DNA of 63,563 bases, counting the filler, from Pelomyxa schiedti (Eukaryota; Protista; Evosea), in NCBI GenBank assembly GCA_020536535.1. It is 4 parts of 4 records of this genome, joined end to end, with 100 filler letters (N's around TTAATTAATTAA, not from the genome) between each part and the next. Parts side by side here need not be neighbours in the genome. Positions count along the whole stretch, not along the records: positions 27,558 to 56,134 come from JAHLWZ010001021.1; 3 more parts are not named here. One strand, given 5' to 3'. A program made the translations under genes and the position numbers. Positions 35,022 to 48,809 of the stretch are shown here, in pieces. The notes below the pieces were generated by a model. The model was not told the origin of the DNA and made no database searches. It was given only the letters and a program-made list of their open reading frames with translations. Every line of letters starts with the position of its first letter. Within the stretch, counting starts at the first letter, position 1.

Positions 35022-38000
35022 TCACTCACTGCTTTCAGCACCTGACTGGTCTTCAATTTCCGAGGGAAACCCATCAGGAAGCTGCATGCTGATAGACGGC
35101 ACCCTTGTGGGAAGCTCTGCAAAGTACGCTTCGAGATGGTCATCTTCGTCATCTGCCTCAGCAGTTGCAGTAGTTGCCTCAGTGGCACCAACTTTGGAAG
35201 CCGCTGAAAAAGCTGGGCCACAGCCGCGGCTGGCGAGGAAGCTGACCATTTCAGGTGCAAGCGTCTTGGGATCAATGGGAAGCACCCCTACGTACTGCTG
35301 GAATTTCGAAGGTCCGCTGGCGTCTGTTAATTGGGTAAGTGGAGCTTGTTTTGGGAGTGGGTATGTGTATACCGGCAACCGCGGTGACAAACGTGATATT
35401 GTTGTTCTTGACAGCTTCAAGCACTGCGGGCACGACATATCCGAACATAATGGGGCCAGGTACCTTTGGGAATAACACCTTGGATAGTTCTTCACTCTGT
35501 GCCACCTTGAGAAGCGTTTCTCCACAAAGGTGCCCACAGCAGTTGAACGGGTCGATGTTGGGAATTTGAACGAGCAGCTGGGAGAGTGTCCAGTTTCCCT
35601 TCCTGCGCATATCTCTCTTCATTGCCAGAGCCAGTGCGGTTTGTTCTTCTTTTTTCTCCCAACACATACGCTGTAGAAGAGTGAGGTTGTTGGAAACCAA
35701 AATCGCAGGTGGAACTTACAAATGAATTCAGGCAGTTCGCCACAGAATAATGCAAGTTTGGAATCGAAGCAGCAGCCTTTAAAACTTCGATAGTGACAGA
35801 CCTGTTCTTGCACAGCAGAGCACTGTAAATTGGGTTGGCCCACACTTGGCCCGGAAGCCAGATGGATTTCTGGTGGGCAAGTACTTTCACCAACTCTAAA
35901 TTGTGGTGTTTAATTGCATTGTGCAGGTCTGATGCCTTATTTAAGAAGGTAAATATAAGGGAGGTAAGGTAAAGGAAGTATATACCAGTGGTTGGTATCC
36001 GGCGTCAAGTAGAATTTTGCAGAATTCAACCTGTTTGGTACTTTTCCTGACACACCGCAATGGGGTGTTGATGCAGCGTTCATATCCTCCGGAATCCCTG
36101 AGGATATTTGGGGTAACCCCTGCAGCAAGCAACATCCTTGTGAGCTCGAGGTCTTCCAAGTCAAGTGCGAAATAGAGAGGATGCAAGGGTTTTCTGTGGC
36201 CGTAAAGGAAGCCTCCAATGGTGCCGGCCCCAGAAGACACTGCTGACACGAACCACTTTCTGAACATCTCAGACATAAACGCCGGGGGGCGGTCATATTC
36301 CATCTTTGAGACACACGTCTTCATGAGTTTTCTCACCTCAGCCCTGTCAGTAGGGAGTATTCCAGCTTCCAACAAAATTACGTTGGCAGTTTCTGGATCT
36401 GGTGCTTGAAAGAACAGATCGAACCAATCAATCTTTCCTCTCTCATCCGCAGTCAGGAAGTTCAGCACAGCCTTGAAGAAGGCCTGATCGTGACTGGCTG
36501 CAGCAGTACTTACAGCAGTGCCAGGATCTCCTTCTCGCTCAAATCCATGCTTGGAAATGTGCGCATTGACAACTTCAAACTAGCAAAGTAAGAATCCCAG
36601 TGTGACAAAATCTACTCACCGCTTTCAGGCTGCTACAAGCACCAAGAAAACTCCAGTTTGCTTTGACAGGAAACATCTCAGCCAAGTACTGGAAGAGATC
36701 CACTTGATTTATGAACCTACACAGAATTCCTGGGGCAATTGCCTCAGCAGTGGATTTCTCAGGGAGCCTTCCTTCACCCGCAAGATCGAAAATAGCTTTT
36801 TCGATATACTTCACACCCTTGGAGAGGTAAAACTCACTGGGCACCGTTCCATCATAGGCCAGGAGCCAATGCAATGGGACTCTTTTGTTTAAGTTAAGCA
36901 CAAAGATGAGACTTGATTTCACATACTTATCAAGGTTTTCAATTTCAAGAGCTTTGGATATTACCTCTGGGGATCCCCACTTAGCGACACAAGAGTATAC
37001 TGACTTCCCGTTACGTTCCTTGATTCCTCCATGTGACTGGGCATAATTCAGAATCGTGAGTATCAATCCTCGATCTTGGGATGGGCAGCCAACAATGGTG
37101 TCCCAGAAGCCAATTTGCACCTCATCCAAAATAGCATTGGAGAGGGCCGTCCACTGGTCGCTCCCGTAAGATATTTTATTGTCCTTCTTAATCTGGTCGA
37201 GAATACTGAAAGCAAGACTCTCAGTAGAAGGTAAACGAATCTTTTTGCGAGGGTCCTGGGGGTCAGCAAGGTCACTTTCTGCCTTCGGGCTGACCTGCAC
37301 TCCCATCGAGATTGCGCTGTCAATTAGCCTCGCATTCTTCGCCAACCAGTGCATTGGCACTCTATTTTGTAAAATTAGTTAATGAATTTTCGTAAATTTT
37401 TAATTTAATTTCTTAGTTCTCCGTAAATTCCTTCGGGGGTTTTGCATATCAAAAACAAACAAAGAAACAAACGTACTTTGTGTGGCCAGCCATGTTCAGT
37501 ATCTTCTTCAATAGTACTTCATCAGGGCACTTTTCCATACACTGATAAAGCGTGTGTTCGTAGCCAGGGATTCCACCTTTCTTGGCCGACCCGCTCTCCA
37601 GCAGCCCTCCCACAATTTGCATCGTCACCTTGGCCTCGCCGTCGCCGTTTGCCTCGCCCGGGGGCCTCGCCTTCCGCGCCTGCTCCTCCGCGTTCAGGAA
37701 GCACCACACGCAGTCCCACGTGACCATGGACTCCAGCCTGCCGGCGGCCCGCGCCGCGGCCTCGGGCGTGACCCCGGGCGGCCGCTCGGCCCCGCCTCCG
37801 AGGGACGGCGCGTTCGTGGCGATCCACGCGACGTCCGAGTTGTCGAGGTAGCAGCCCCCGGCGATTACGCGCCGGGCAACCGCCGTCGTGTCCTTGTCTC
37901 CGCAATCGACTGTGAAGGAAGGAGCGATTAGGTTGTTTGTTTGTTTGCGGTTTTTTGTGGAACTTAACACACTTTACAGAACAACAAAAACAAGCTAGGA

Positions 38001-38058
38001 AAACAAAAGAACTACCTTGTTGGGTCCTTCCCCTGGAACTGAAAGCAGAGAATGACAT
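35022..38058 (-). CDS. ankyrin-repeat-like protein
   Basis: RVPMHWLAK/RVPLHWLLA, PLYFALDLEDLELTRMLLAAGVTPN, FCKILLDAG, QTALALAM..LSQLLVQIP; a GC-rich exon at 37470-37911 joins by GT-AG introns. Confidence 0.72.
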
Positions 38059-38269
38059 GCTGGGTTGTGGGATTGGGTTGCCTGGGTTTTTTTCGTTTGC
38101 TTGCTTGTTTTCCAGCAAGCGGCTTTTTGAAAGTCAAAAAATGGGAAGAATCCTGGAACCAGGTTGGATCTTATCACTTTTTTTGGCTAAAAAATCCCGA
38201 ATGCATTGTGACCTTCGCGAAAATCACGTTTCAGCGTGTTTCACTTCCTTCCTGTCCGTCCAATCGTCA

Positions 38270-40146
38270 TCATTCTCTATCTTTATTTTTCACAAAATCA
38301 CATCTTAGGAACATTGACCCCAGTTGTATTGGATGCCGTAAGATAAGGAGCCAATTGTGTGGCTTGTAACTTGGTGGATCAATTGGGCTGGAAGCTTGCT
38401 TGTGACAATTGGGTAACTCATATACCTGCATTAGATATATATGAGGAAAGAAATTACAACAAAGGAGGGGTACTTGGAAACTGGTGATGGAACCTGCCCT
38501 GACCAGTCCTGTGGTGGTGAGTCCCATGTGGGTTCCCTTGTTTGCCATTGGGTGTCACATGCAGTGGATTCGCACACTTGTTGGCTCAGTGCACCTCCCT
38601 CTGTCATACTCGTAACTTTGGCCACGAGGCAAAACTGTTGTTTTCTTTCATTCAGGGAAATGACAAGTGCGAGGACTTACTGTGTTTGTTCCAAAAATGG
38701 TTTCTAGTGTTGCCGGAATTATGTCTAGCTGGAACAGTGCCTGCACAATTGTGATCTTTCCATTATGCTTGAAGAGGACGGAACGACATACAGAAGAGTT
38801 TGCCTGAAGTACCCCAGAATAACTTTTGAATGTGTAATACAGCTTGAGCTCTTCCTCTGTGGTTGTACTGACAGCACCTTGAACAGTGAGATACATTTGG
38901 TGATTTGAATTAATGATACCTTGATCCAAGTGTTTTGCACTAGAATCGGCTTTGATTTGCGGATTTAGTTGCAGATCAGATACTTCAAATGTGTACTGGA
39001 AAACCAGTGAATAGGCACAGTAATTGGTTGAACATGATGCAGACACGTAAAAATCTTGAGACTAGAGTATGTTAGAGTTGGAATCATAAGACAAAGCATA
39101 CTGTATCTGTAGGAATTTCCAGGTACCGTTTTATAGAAGCAGGATTGACATAGTTAGTGTAATTGTATGTAGTGGCGTTGGCCGGTTGTGGATATGGTGC
39201 CGAATTACTGTTTGAAGAAGGTCCCCTGAGCGTTTGTTAGAAGTAGTCTGTAGACTACTCAAGTACTAACTTGGAAATCCACAGCATTGTTTGCGGTGAT
39301 GTATTTTGGTCAATGAATATCCTTAAAGTACCGCTTCTGAGAGGGGTGAGAGTCAAAGGTATCCTCACAACTTGTACAACTACAAGAACAAGGAAAGCGC
39401 ACAACCAGAGTTAGAATTCAACAAATCAAATTGTTTTCAAATTACAAGCAAGCTGCATGGGAGGGAAAAAAAACAAAACATGCATGTCATACATACAAAA
39501 AAACATGATTTTTATGTATTGTATCATACATACATACCAGAGACACCGAGCTGCAACTGAGCCGTGTTCCACAACTGAGAACCAACCGCGGTCAATGTGA
39601 CCACAGGGGGCTCGTAGCACGTCCCCTGATCGACACACTGTTCCTGGCCCCCTTGCTCAACAGCACACCACTCGCACCCATAATAGTCCCCACATCCCTA
39701 CAATGGTGTGTTGAGCCGCTGGTTTTAATAGTAGACACAGAACGATTCGTTTTGCCAGCGGAAACGAAACGAAAAAAAAAAAAGGAAAGGGAAAGACACA
39801 CGACTGAGGAGAGCTCAGAGCACAGAGGGCAGGGGTCTGAGGACGTGATGCAGACGGCGGCGCTCGTGCACCACGAGCACGACGACGCGAGGGGGCACAG
39901 GGCCGCGTCGTGGATCGCGTTGCAGTCGTCGGCTCTCGGGGCTCTGGGCCCTGGATCCGCCGCAGCTGGGGGCCCGCGTTGGAGGTGAGTTATGGGTTGC
40001 GGTTGGGACGGCGGCCGCCGGGCAGCAGGGGCGGCGCCAAAAGGCGTAGAGGACACCGGGAGAACGACTAGGAGGAGGGTGAGGATTATGGGCACCGTGG
40101 TGCTGGTGGCAGGTGCCGGGCGCGGCTGTGGTTGCATTATGGGCAT
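38270..40146 (-). CDS. type I membrane protein with a PSI-like Cys-rich domain
   Basis: Signal IILTLLLVVLPVSS, CNAIHDAALCPLASSCSWCTSAAVC, beta-rich middle, and a hydrophobic segment near 38570-38620. Confidence 0.62.
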
Positions 40147-40291
40147 ACACACTTGGTTTGCTCGGTTGTAAGGTTTGTTTCGTTTGTTTGTTTGGTTTTT
40201 TTTGGTTTTGTTATTTATTTTTGTGAAATAAACCAAGTTTTCGTACACTTCTGTAAAATTGCTTGTATTATTTTGTCTCATTATTCTTTTT

Positions 40292-41857
40292 CTAGTTTAC
40301 TATCTTGTAGGCACTTGACTTCTTCCAGTAGAGGCAAAGGAGAATTCCAATGATGACATAAGATAGCACTGGAACGGTGATCCCAACTACCAGAACAACT
40401 GTCCAGTATTCCTGGTGAAGTGCGTGCACATAGACAAAGTACGATGAATACGCTGCTGTGGAGGACTGTAGCTGACTGATGACCCAGTAGTCCCCCTTTT
40501 TTATGTTATTTTTCTCACTAATAGTCCACGTTGTTGTACGTTAGGCAGTGATGGCGTGCAACCCCCAGAGCAATTAAATACGGCACTAGAAGTATCATAA
40601 ACCTTCAATGTGAAGGTTGCATCCAGTAACCCTTGCAAGCTTTTGTCAAGGGCTTGCCAACAGAAATAGTAATTTCCAGATTCTTGCATCTTTTGGTCAC
40701 TTCAAAACAAATACAGATAAAAAAAAATACCTCCGCAGTGAAGGAAATGTCATCAGTTGAGAGAAAAAATGAAACGGAATCCAAGGACTGACAGGAAGCT
40801 CCGCTCATCAAGTCGTTGTATTTCCTGGCAATGAAGAACTAAGATACGGGGAAGGACTTCAAAGAACCTTACTCTTCCCCATAAAGAAGGCAGAAATCTC
40901 CGGCTGAAGTTCCCCATGTGGCAACAGATGCCGTTGTCCCCGCCACTAATGTATAACCTTGGCACTGGGACTCACCTGCTGATACACTAACAGGTTCACT
41001 TACAGTGAGGGTTTCCTTTCTCATGTAAGAATAGTATGAGAGTATTGGAGACTTGCAGTTAAATTCGACGGTATGGGCGCTCTGTCAAGTACTACAAATT
41101 GGGTTTCTGCATTGGAAGCACGTACCTCCAGATCAGTAACTGATCTCTCAGTAAACTCTGTTCTATCCTTTTATTTGTATTAGTCTAATAATTCCTAAGG
41201 AGTTTGTACCTGGCCACCCGGAAGTAAGGTTCTGTATGCAACTGAGTCATAAGGAGCTTCTGCCACACCAACGGTGAAGAAAATGAGAGCAAGTGAGGAT
41301 ATCAACAAAGTGGCACTAAAAGCATAGCATCGAGCCTTATACCACTTAATATCCGCCTTTCTACGACCCACACCAAAAGAAATGCATGACCCCAGTAACC
41401 CAGCAGCCGCAAATAGTCCAGTCAGAACCTCTACAACAACCGGCCAACTGAATGATATTAGAGGGGGAGAAAAGGAACCCCCTGAGCCAAAGTACTACCT
41501 TGACACTTCCGGCTCATCCTCTGAGCACGATTGGCATCCAGCAGGTATACAAGCATCCGCTATCATGTCTTGTATATCATCGTCATCACTGCACCCCGCC
41601 TCATCCATGCACGACGCGAGTGGGTCCACACACCCGCACACTCTATCTCTGGACGCGGCTGACTCCAAACAATATGCAGATGTTGTCTGGCAGTTACTGG
41701 CGTCGTTTATGTTGCACTGGCTTTGTGCGGTTGTAATTATGGCTAGTGATAACAGGTGAAAGGAGGCCAACACCAGAAATATGAAGTTCGGTTGGTGGTT
41801 CCTTTTTGATGTGCAGAATGCTGCCAGACTGTTGTTACAACTCAAAAAACACCTCAT
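40292..41857 (-). CDS. type I membrane protein with a Cys-rich N-terminal domain and short tail
   Basis: Leader FIFLVLASFHLLSLAII, Cys-rich exon, C-terminal WTVVLVVGITVPVLSYVIIGILLCLYWKKSSAYKIVN-stop. Confidence 0.65.
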
Positions 41858-42164
41858 TTTTGCCTTTTGGTACGTTGGTGTGTGTTATTTACTTTTTTTT
41901 TTTTTTTTATGGGATTATACTGTAGTATGTTATTAACTAAAATGCTGGTTTTTTTGAATTTGTAATGGAGCCAGCTATTTTTTAACAACGAAAAAAAGAA
42001 ATAGATCGCGCACCCAAGTTGGGTGCAATAAGAAAGAAATTGTTCCGAACAATTTTGAGAGAGTTGAGAGTTCTATTCCATCACCCTCATAACATCTTGC
42101 ACCGAGAAGAATACAAAAGATACCACTTTGTAAAAAAAACAGGTGATAATTATTTTTCTCATTA

Positions 42165-43348
42165 TTCTTATGCGTTACAGCGAACCCACATGTAGGTCAT
42201 GTAGTAGTTTGAAGAAGCTGTGCCACCCCAAAACTGCACGCTGCTGTAGAGTACCTTTGGTGCATCCTGTTTGCTCCATTAGAATAGGCTATTCGATGAG
42301 TGGAAAACGTACAGCAGGAAGAACAGGCTTTGATAGAAGCACAGAGTACGCCAGCTTAGAGACTCCTGACAAATCACCTGAGGGATTATCATAGTTCACA
42401 GGTCTTTGGTTCCAGTGAGGAACTGTTGAAGACTGCGTGGAACTCTCAGATACCTTTTATCCAGAATTAGGGAATTGAACTGCATAAGGACAAGATACAT
42501 ATTGGTTGTACAGGTCTGTAAGAGCTGTGGCAGTAATTTGTATCTGTAGGCACATTGTCTGACCATCTCCCCAGAGAGCCGACAACAAGCTGGGACAAGT
42601 TTCCAGCTTATACTCAGGACCCTAGGGAATACTGAGGAGATCGTCGTAAGGAGGTACTGAATACATATTTGCTATAGGAGGCGGAGGAGTAAGTTTGTTC
42701 CCAACCCGCATAGAGTTGAAGTGAGGTTTGTTTAATATCTCCTTTTGGCAACAGCAAGGCTGGGCCTTTTCCAACTTGGTAGGATCCTGGGTATGAATTA
42801 CTTTCTAGAATTTTGATTTGTTACTTACGGGTTTGTTTGCTGGAAGCAGAACCCGTTGTGGCCCTCAGTGCGAAGTCACAGTAATCAGTTCCATTGCACA
42901 TGATCGTGATATAGATGTCTGAGGCCGTAGCCGAAGGTACAGTGATGGACTCAAAGCACTCATAATCCTTGCAATTGACGTAGTCATAGTGTAATGGATC
43001 AGGGTTCGGCGCGAACTTGGACTCGTTTTTCATTCCCAGACCCACGTACATTACAGTGCCAGAGTCTTCAAAGTAGGACCTCGTCAACAGGCTCAATACA
43101 ACATCTTGAACAAATGTAAGCCAAAGCAAGCAATATACACCCCCCAAAGGGAATTCGTTCAACTTACCTCCGTTTGGATAGCCACATTGCGATAGGGGCA
43201 GGAAAGTGGTGGCAACCTCCACTTCACTCATCTGAATAGTAATATAATTCGATGAAAATATGTCATCGACCGTCACTATGGCCGCGGCTGTGATGTGGGC
43301 TAGGGCCAGAACAACAAACAGGTACTTCAGCACGCCCCCCCTTTCCAT
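42165..43348 (-). CDS. secreted protein with PPC-like domain
   Basis: Signal peptide; VMYVG..PDPLHYDY..ESITVPSATASDIYITIMCNGTDYCDFALRAT. The 3' end is approximate. Confidence 0.65.
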
Positions 43349-43550
43349 TGTGTTGTTTACTCGTAGTTGATGAAGTGATTTACTTAAACTAATAATTTTT
43401 GTTTTCGCCTTAAAAGTGCCAGCTCTTTTGAAAAAAAAGTTACTGGCTTAAAAATTGCTGGCCTTTTTAATGCCGAAGTTGTTTTGATAATCAATTTCAC
43501 AACAAAATAACTCGCTGATTTCACACAGCAACGTATTGTTGCACCATAAT

Positions 43551-44788
43551 ATGAGGCGCCTTACTGTACTTATTACTTTCACGGTGCTTGCCAGTTGTGC
43601 AGAGCTGCTGCTGCCGTTTATGCAGACCGGCGACCTGGCCATTACACAAGGATATATGCACGAGCTGAGAATCAGCACCGGTTGCAGTCAACTGCCATTA
43701 TTAGGGTACAGCAACTTCCTGGTGAAACTTTCTCAAGCCGTTTCTCCTTGGGCTGTAGCTTACTTCTCTGTGTATGTCTTTTTAATTGACTGTGGTACTG
43801 TCTAATAATTTTCTCAGGGGGCCTGAGACAAGCTCCGCTTATGCGCCTTATCCTGACCAAACGCACTATCTAGTGACCACATACAATAGTGGGAGTCAGC
43901 CGAAGCCATCTGTCATTGTGCCCAATGCACAAGTGAGTCCTCCCGACAAAGTAACCTAAATGGATTCCTTACCAATATTAGGATGATGACATATATATGT
44001 CCGTTTTCTGTACCACTCCGACATGCCACTACACCGTGCTAGCAATGCCTGACAACAGTGTTGTGGAGGTAGAGACAATTCCGGTGCAAGAAATTCCACA
44101 AGGTTTCAGCCTGAAATACTTTTTATGAGTAACATTCAACACAGGCGTACAGTATACTATACAAGAAGAGTACTTCAGTGATTTCCTGATGCCTGTATCC
44201 GGGTCAGGGACAACACTTGAAAACTCAGACGAAACTGATCCGTCTGTTCCGGTATAATTCCAACTCCAGTCTCCCTCCCGCTCACAGCTTTCAGGCTGCA
44301 TCCTACCAAGTTGTTGTCTGTACCAATGACATGCGGCACAACTATCCCGATGTCAGCAAGGTAAAACCATACAGAAATACTATAATATAATACTTCCACG
44401 CATCTATAGAAACACCCACGTACAACTTACCAATGCGCAGTTCTGCCTGAGTTCAGTAGTCACAGCCACCAGCATTGGAATGGTGACTCAGTCCTGGGCC
44501 AATAATGACTTAGGCCAGAATGACCCAATTGCATGCTACCGCTATGAACCCAGCACATGCTGGGAAGCCCGAGACCATCCAACAGACCCCAGCATGGACC
44601 TCACAGGCGAGGTAGCTGCACAGCGGAGTGTGTATGTGAGCAAGGCTGTGGACTTGGATTCCATGCCATCGAACCTGCTCTTCAATGTATACACAGTGGC
44701 CTCATTGGACGAGAGCAAGGAGGTCTCATTCACAGCATCCTTCACTTATCTGCCTTACTTGGGCGATGGCTCCTCCTTATGTACCTGA
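43551..44788 (+). CDS. secreted beta-rich (PPC-like) protein
   Basis: Signal MRRLTVLITFTVLASCA; multi-exon; ends LLFNVYTVASLDESKEVSFTASFTY. Confidence 0.6.
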
Positions 44789-45082
44789 ATAGAACTAATG
44801 TGTTGTGTGGGTGGAAGAAAATTAAAAAAAAAGTAAAATTTAGCCATTTTTATTCCTACTTCGTTGTTCTCACTTTAAGAGGAAACGACAACGTTAGTAC
44901 GACGTCCCAGCACCAAAACCCAGAACAACAGGAAACAACAATTTCTTTTCTTCAACAATGAAATTGAAATTCCAAAACCTGTAACTTGATACGAGACCAC
45001 CAATTTTTTGGTGAAAATGGTGCTAGCCATTGCGGCCACCAAAATTCTTAAACAACAAACAAACACAGAGTGGAAGGGTGAC

Positions 45083-45900
45083 TATGACGGTCTTTGGTAT
45101 GGAAATTACTGTGTGTGTTTTGGTGATGGTGATGGTGATGGTGGTTGTGGTGACTGAGGGGGCCAGTGTTGTGGTCGTGGCCAGCCCAACATGGTTCACT
45201 GGGGTATCATCAACCGTGGAGGGAATGAGTTTCTTGTCAGTACCAATGACAAGGCAGTTTGAAATGGGTGGTATGTTGTTTTTTTTTTTTGTTGTTTATT
45301 ATTGGGTACGATGCAGTGGCTGTGTTGTTGTGTACTAACAGCCTAAACCAGGTAATGTCTCGGTGACTCTGAGGCAAGTATTTGGGAGTTATCCAACAGA
45401 AGCCTATGTGAATGTTGGCCCCGCTAAGGATTCAGTAAACTGGCCATACCCAGATGGACAAATATACAACTTCACTCTCGATTCAGAGACTGAATCAATC
45501 ATTGCTCCGGCAAGCGGGAAAATATATATAACCGTGGTTTCCAAGGAGCCGGAACCGGCAGAGAGCTTATTTAGCTTGGAAGCTAGGCTCATATCCGACG
45601 AATCGGCGTTATACTACAAGGAGAAACCAGTCAGAGAAGAAAAAGAAGCCGAGGTGGAGACACCTATGTATTCTAGATTTGCCCCGGTGTCCCTTGCAGT
45701 ACCTCTCAATCAATGGGTATCCCTCAACTATCGTCCATTCTTGTTCTAATTTTCTAGCACAGTCAGTGCAGTCCATTATATACCCGGATCAGGCGGGGCT
45801 CCTCCAGCAGTGGGGAAATACCACAGTCTGCTTAGAATCAGTTATAGAAGGACCTTTCCAAAATACTACCTTCAAGCAAATGGTTTGGAGCAAGGAGTAA
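45083..45900 (+). CDS. secreted PPC-like protein
   Basis: Hydrophobic leader; VTLRQVFGSYPTEAYVNVGP..GKIYITVVS..SLFSLEARL. Confidence 0.6.
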
Positions 45901-46136
45901 CTTGCCAATTGGTGCACTGAACTCCGCAATAGGTTTCGACTGTTCAGGGTACGACGAATATCCCTCTGTGGCAGACTAGGGAGGTTGAGTACGATCCAAT
46001 AGACCTCTCTGGAAAGTCCCTCCTTTCTGTTTCTCATTTCCTCAGTCTCCCGACAGAAATTGAGGTTAATCTATACTCGGATTAAGGAATAAAACTAAAT
46101 CACACAGAAATTACCCAATGTGCTTTACCACTCTCT

Positions 46137-47560
46137 CTATGCTGGTGGGAAATCGGGACTCTCCGCCTCGTTTGTGATGGTTGTATCTTGGATCCCTTGC
46201 ACACAGTAGGAAATAAGTCCTAAGCGAGAAATAAATAAAAGAACTGCAAGTTATTCTATTCATTCAACTTAGGAATTGCATTGACCAAATGTAGTTTGTG
46301 TCCAGTGTTACAGTGGTGTATTGTTGTGTGTCAATATTAATGTTGAAGAGCAGACTTCCAAATACCTATGTTGAAAGAATGAATACATCACGAGCAAGGC
46401 TTATTGCATACCCCGTATGCTGGCACAGAAAGAATTCTGGTTTCCGGATCAAGAACACTTGCCCAAACAGTATTGTAGCTTTCTTGTGCTTGATATAGAT
46501 TAGAATAGAAAGATAGGTGATTGTGAGTGGTACCAAAGAGTTGCGTGAGAAGCGTTGGAGTTGGACTCTTGGGATCAAATGTTACAAGGTAGTAGTAACC
46601 TCTGAGCGGATGTTGGGGGGAAAAATTACTCATAGAGCACCTACTTGTAAAGACCAAGGCCCCACACAGAGCCACCAACAGGGTCATATTCCATAGTAGC
46701 CCAGTCATAGCTATCCGTTATCTTCTTTACAGTAGAACCAGTTGTAGTGCTTAAACATGTCAGATAGTATGTATAGGCAGAGTGTGATTGATAAGCAGTT
46801 CTTGTCTATGAAGAAGACATGAAAGAAAAAAAAAGCCGGACTGGAGTTACCCAAAACTCTTCAAGGTCTGGGATGTAGGCTCCTTCAGGTTCCGGCCAAT
46901 AGTTATCCCAACTTGATAGTAACCTGAAGGGAGAACAAGCTCAGAATTTTGAAATAAAAAGGGGTCAAAGAGTAAGAGGTAGTAACTGCCAAGTTCCAGA
47001 AACTGGTTCAACACGAGCGAAAGAGGGTGCACCAGAATCTGACAAGTCACCACAGATAAGAAGCTGGTTGGTTGTGGAGTCCCACCCCATTGACATGCTA
47101 TCATCCATCCGCGAAGCCGATTCTGAGGTGACATTTCCATAGTCCAGAGAAATACCAAGTATCGAGCATACACCCTCAGCCGACGAGGCAGACCAATCAA
47201 TTCCAGCCACAAAGTAGGTTCTGGATGCAGGATCAATTACAGAAGCAGGATACTCAGGAACAGCATTCGACTGTATGGTCCAGTCACCCACCTGTGCCAC
47301 TTTGCCAGTGCTGACATTCAGGGTCCCTTGTGTTGGAGTATTTACATAAGTGTTATATTATTGATACATCATATAATGAATGTTTGATTTAAAATTTGAG
47401 TAGCCAACGCTTATGAAAAAAAAAGTACTACAGTAAAAATACCGAGAAAGTAAACGTCGCCAATGGAAGCAACTGTATAAATTGTCCCACAATTAACAAC
47501 CACGGCAACAGCCGACAACAACACCAACATCACCGCCGCGGCTACGCGCACTCCCGGCAT
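46137..47560 (-). CDS. secreted beta-propeller-like protein
   Basis: Signal MPGVRVAAAVMLVLLSAVAVVVNC; repeated units such as SVIDPASRTYFV, GWDSTTNQLLI, LDPETRILS, FDPKSPT. Confidence 0.65.
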
Positions 47561-47673
47561 CTTGTTTAAATCGGTGAGGATGTTTCGTTCTCCTGATGAA
47601 TCGCACAAACTGACCTTCCGCTAATCTGCACAAGAAAACGCAAAGAAACGTTTGAGAATCAACGGCAGCATCG

Positions 47674-48741
47674 ATGGTGGAGATGACGAGCGCCGGTCCG
47701 GCACCTGTTGTCATGATGACAGCAGTCCCCGCCGTGGTAACCGCTGATCCCATGATTGATTCTTTGTCTCTGTTCCCTACGTTGTTGGTAAAGCAACGAA
47801 GGAAAGGTGCTATTTCTATTCTACAGGGTTTTAAGACCCTACCTTTGTTTTCTTTTTTTTTTTTTGAGCATGAAATCTCAACAACTTCGATTAGGGTGGT
47901 TGACTGAACTTTGTCTTGGATGTGAGGTAGAAAATGAATACAAGATATACAATCCAACTGGTGCAAACCCCAAAGACCGTATGTCTCTATTTTTATTCCG
48001 GATACCCAATAACAGTAATACAAGATATGTTACTGGCCAAGGAGGAGTCATCATTCTGCTGGCGTCAGTGTTGTGGAAATGCAAGGCGTTTCACTATGTC
48101 AATTTGGACCAATGACACAAAGGAGGTATTTCTTAACCCTCCACCAAAACAAGATTTACAATAATGTCAAATTTGGTCCTAAATCATTGACAAAAAAAAG
48201 GTTTGCCGTTTTGAGAGACCCTTTAGATGTGGCTATCCTTGCTGCAAGAGCTGCAGGAATACAATAAACTGCTTTGCGGGTGCCGATTCTGCTAGTCCTG
48301 GAACATATCTTGGGTGCACGGCCCATGTTTGCAGTTGTTGTGGTGTGTTAGTCATTTTTCCGATATATCTTTCTAACCAAAAAACCAAAATAGTTCCTAC
48401 GTTTGTTGTTTTGGATGAAAATGATAACGAAGTGTACCGTATTATTGGTAATTGTTGCGGGTGTGCCACATATACTCTGAATATATACGCACCATCTGGG
48501 CCCCATGAGAGGGATGATTCTCTGGGAACTATACAAAAGAGATGGAGTGGCTTATCCAGAGAACTGTTCACTGATGCCGGTTTGTTCTTGCTTAATTTTC
48601 TTTTTACCAACGCTATTTCCAGACACATTCTTTGTGACATTCCCAACAGCTGCAAACGGCAAACAGCGTGTATTACTTTTGGGAGCACTTCTACTCATAG
48701 ACTTCATGTTTTTTGAAAGAAGGAACAATGGTGGCGCCTAA
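47674..48741 (+). CDS. phospholipid scramblase (PLSCR/tubby-like family)
   Basis: ELCLGCEVENEYKIY, AKEESSFCWRQCCGNARRFTM, RPFRC, GTIQKRWSGLSRELFTDADTFFVTFP..RVLLLGALLLIDFMFFE. Confidence 0.93.
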
Positions 48742-48809
48742 TAAATCCATGTTTTTAATAAGGCCTTACAAATAAAAACTTGAATCATATTGCTTTGTTC
48801 TGTTCTTTA

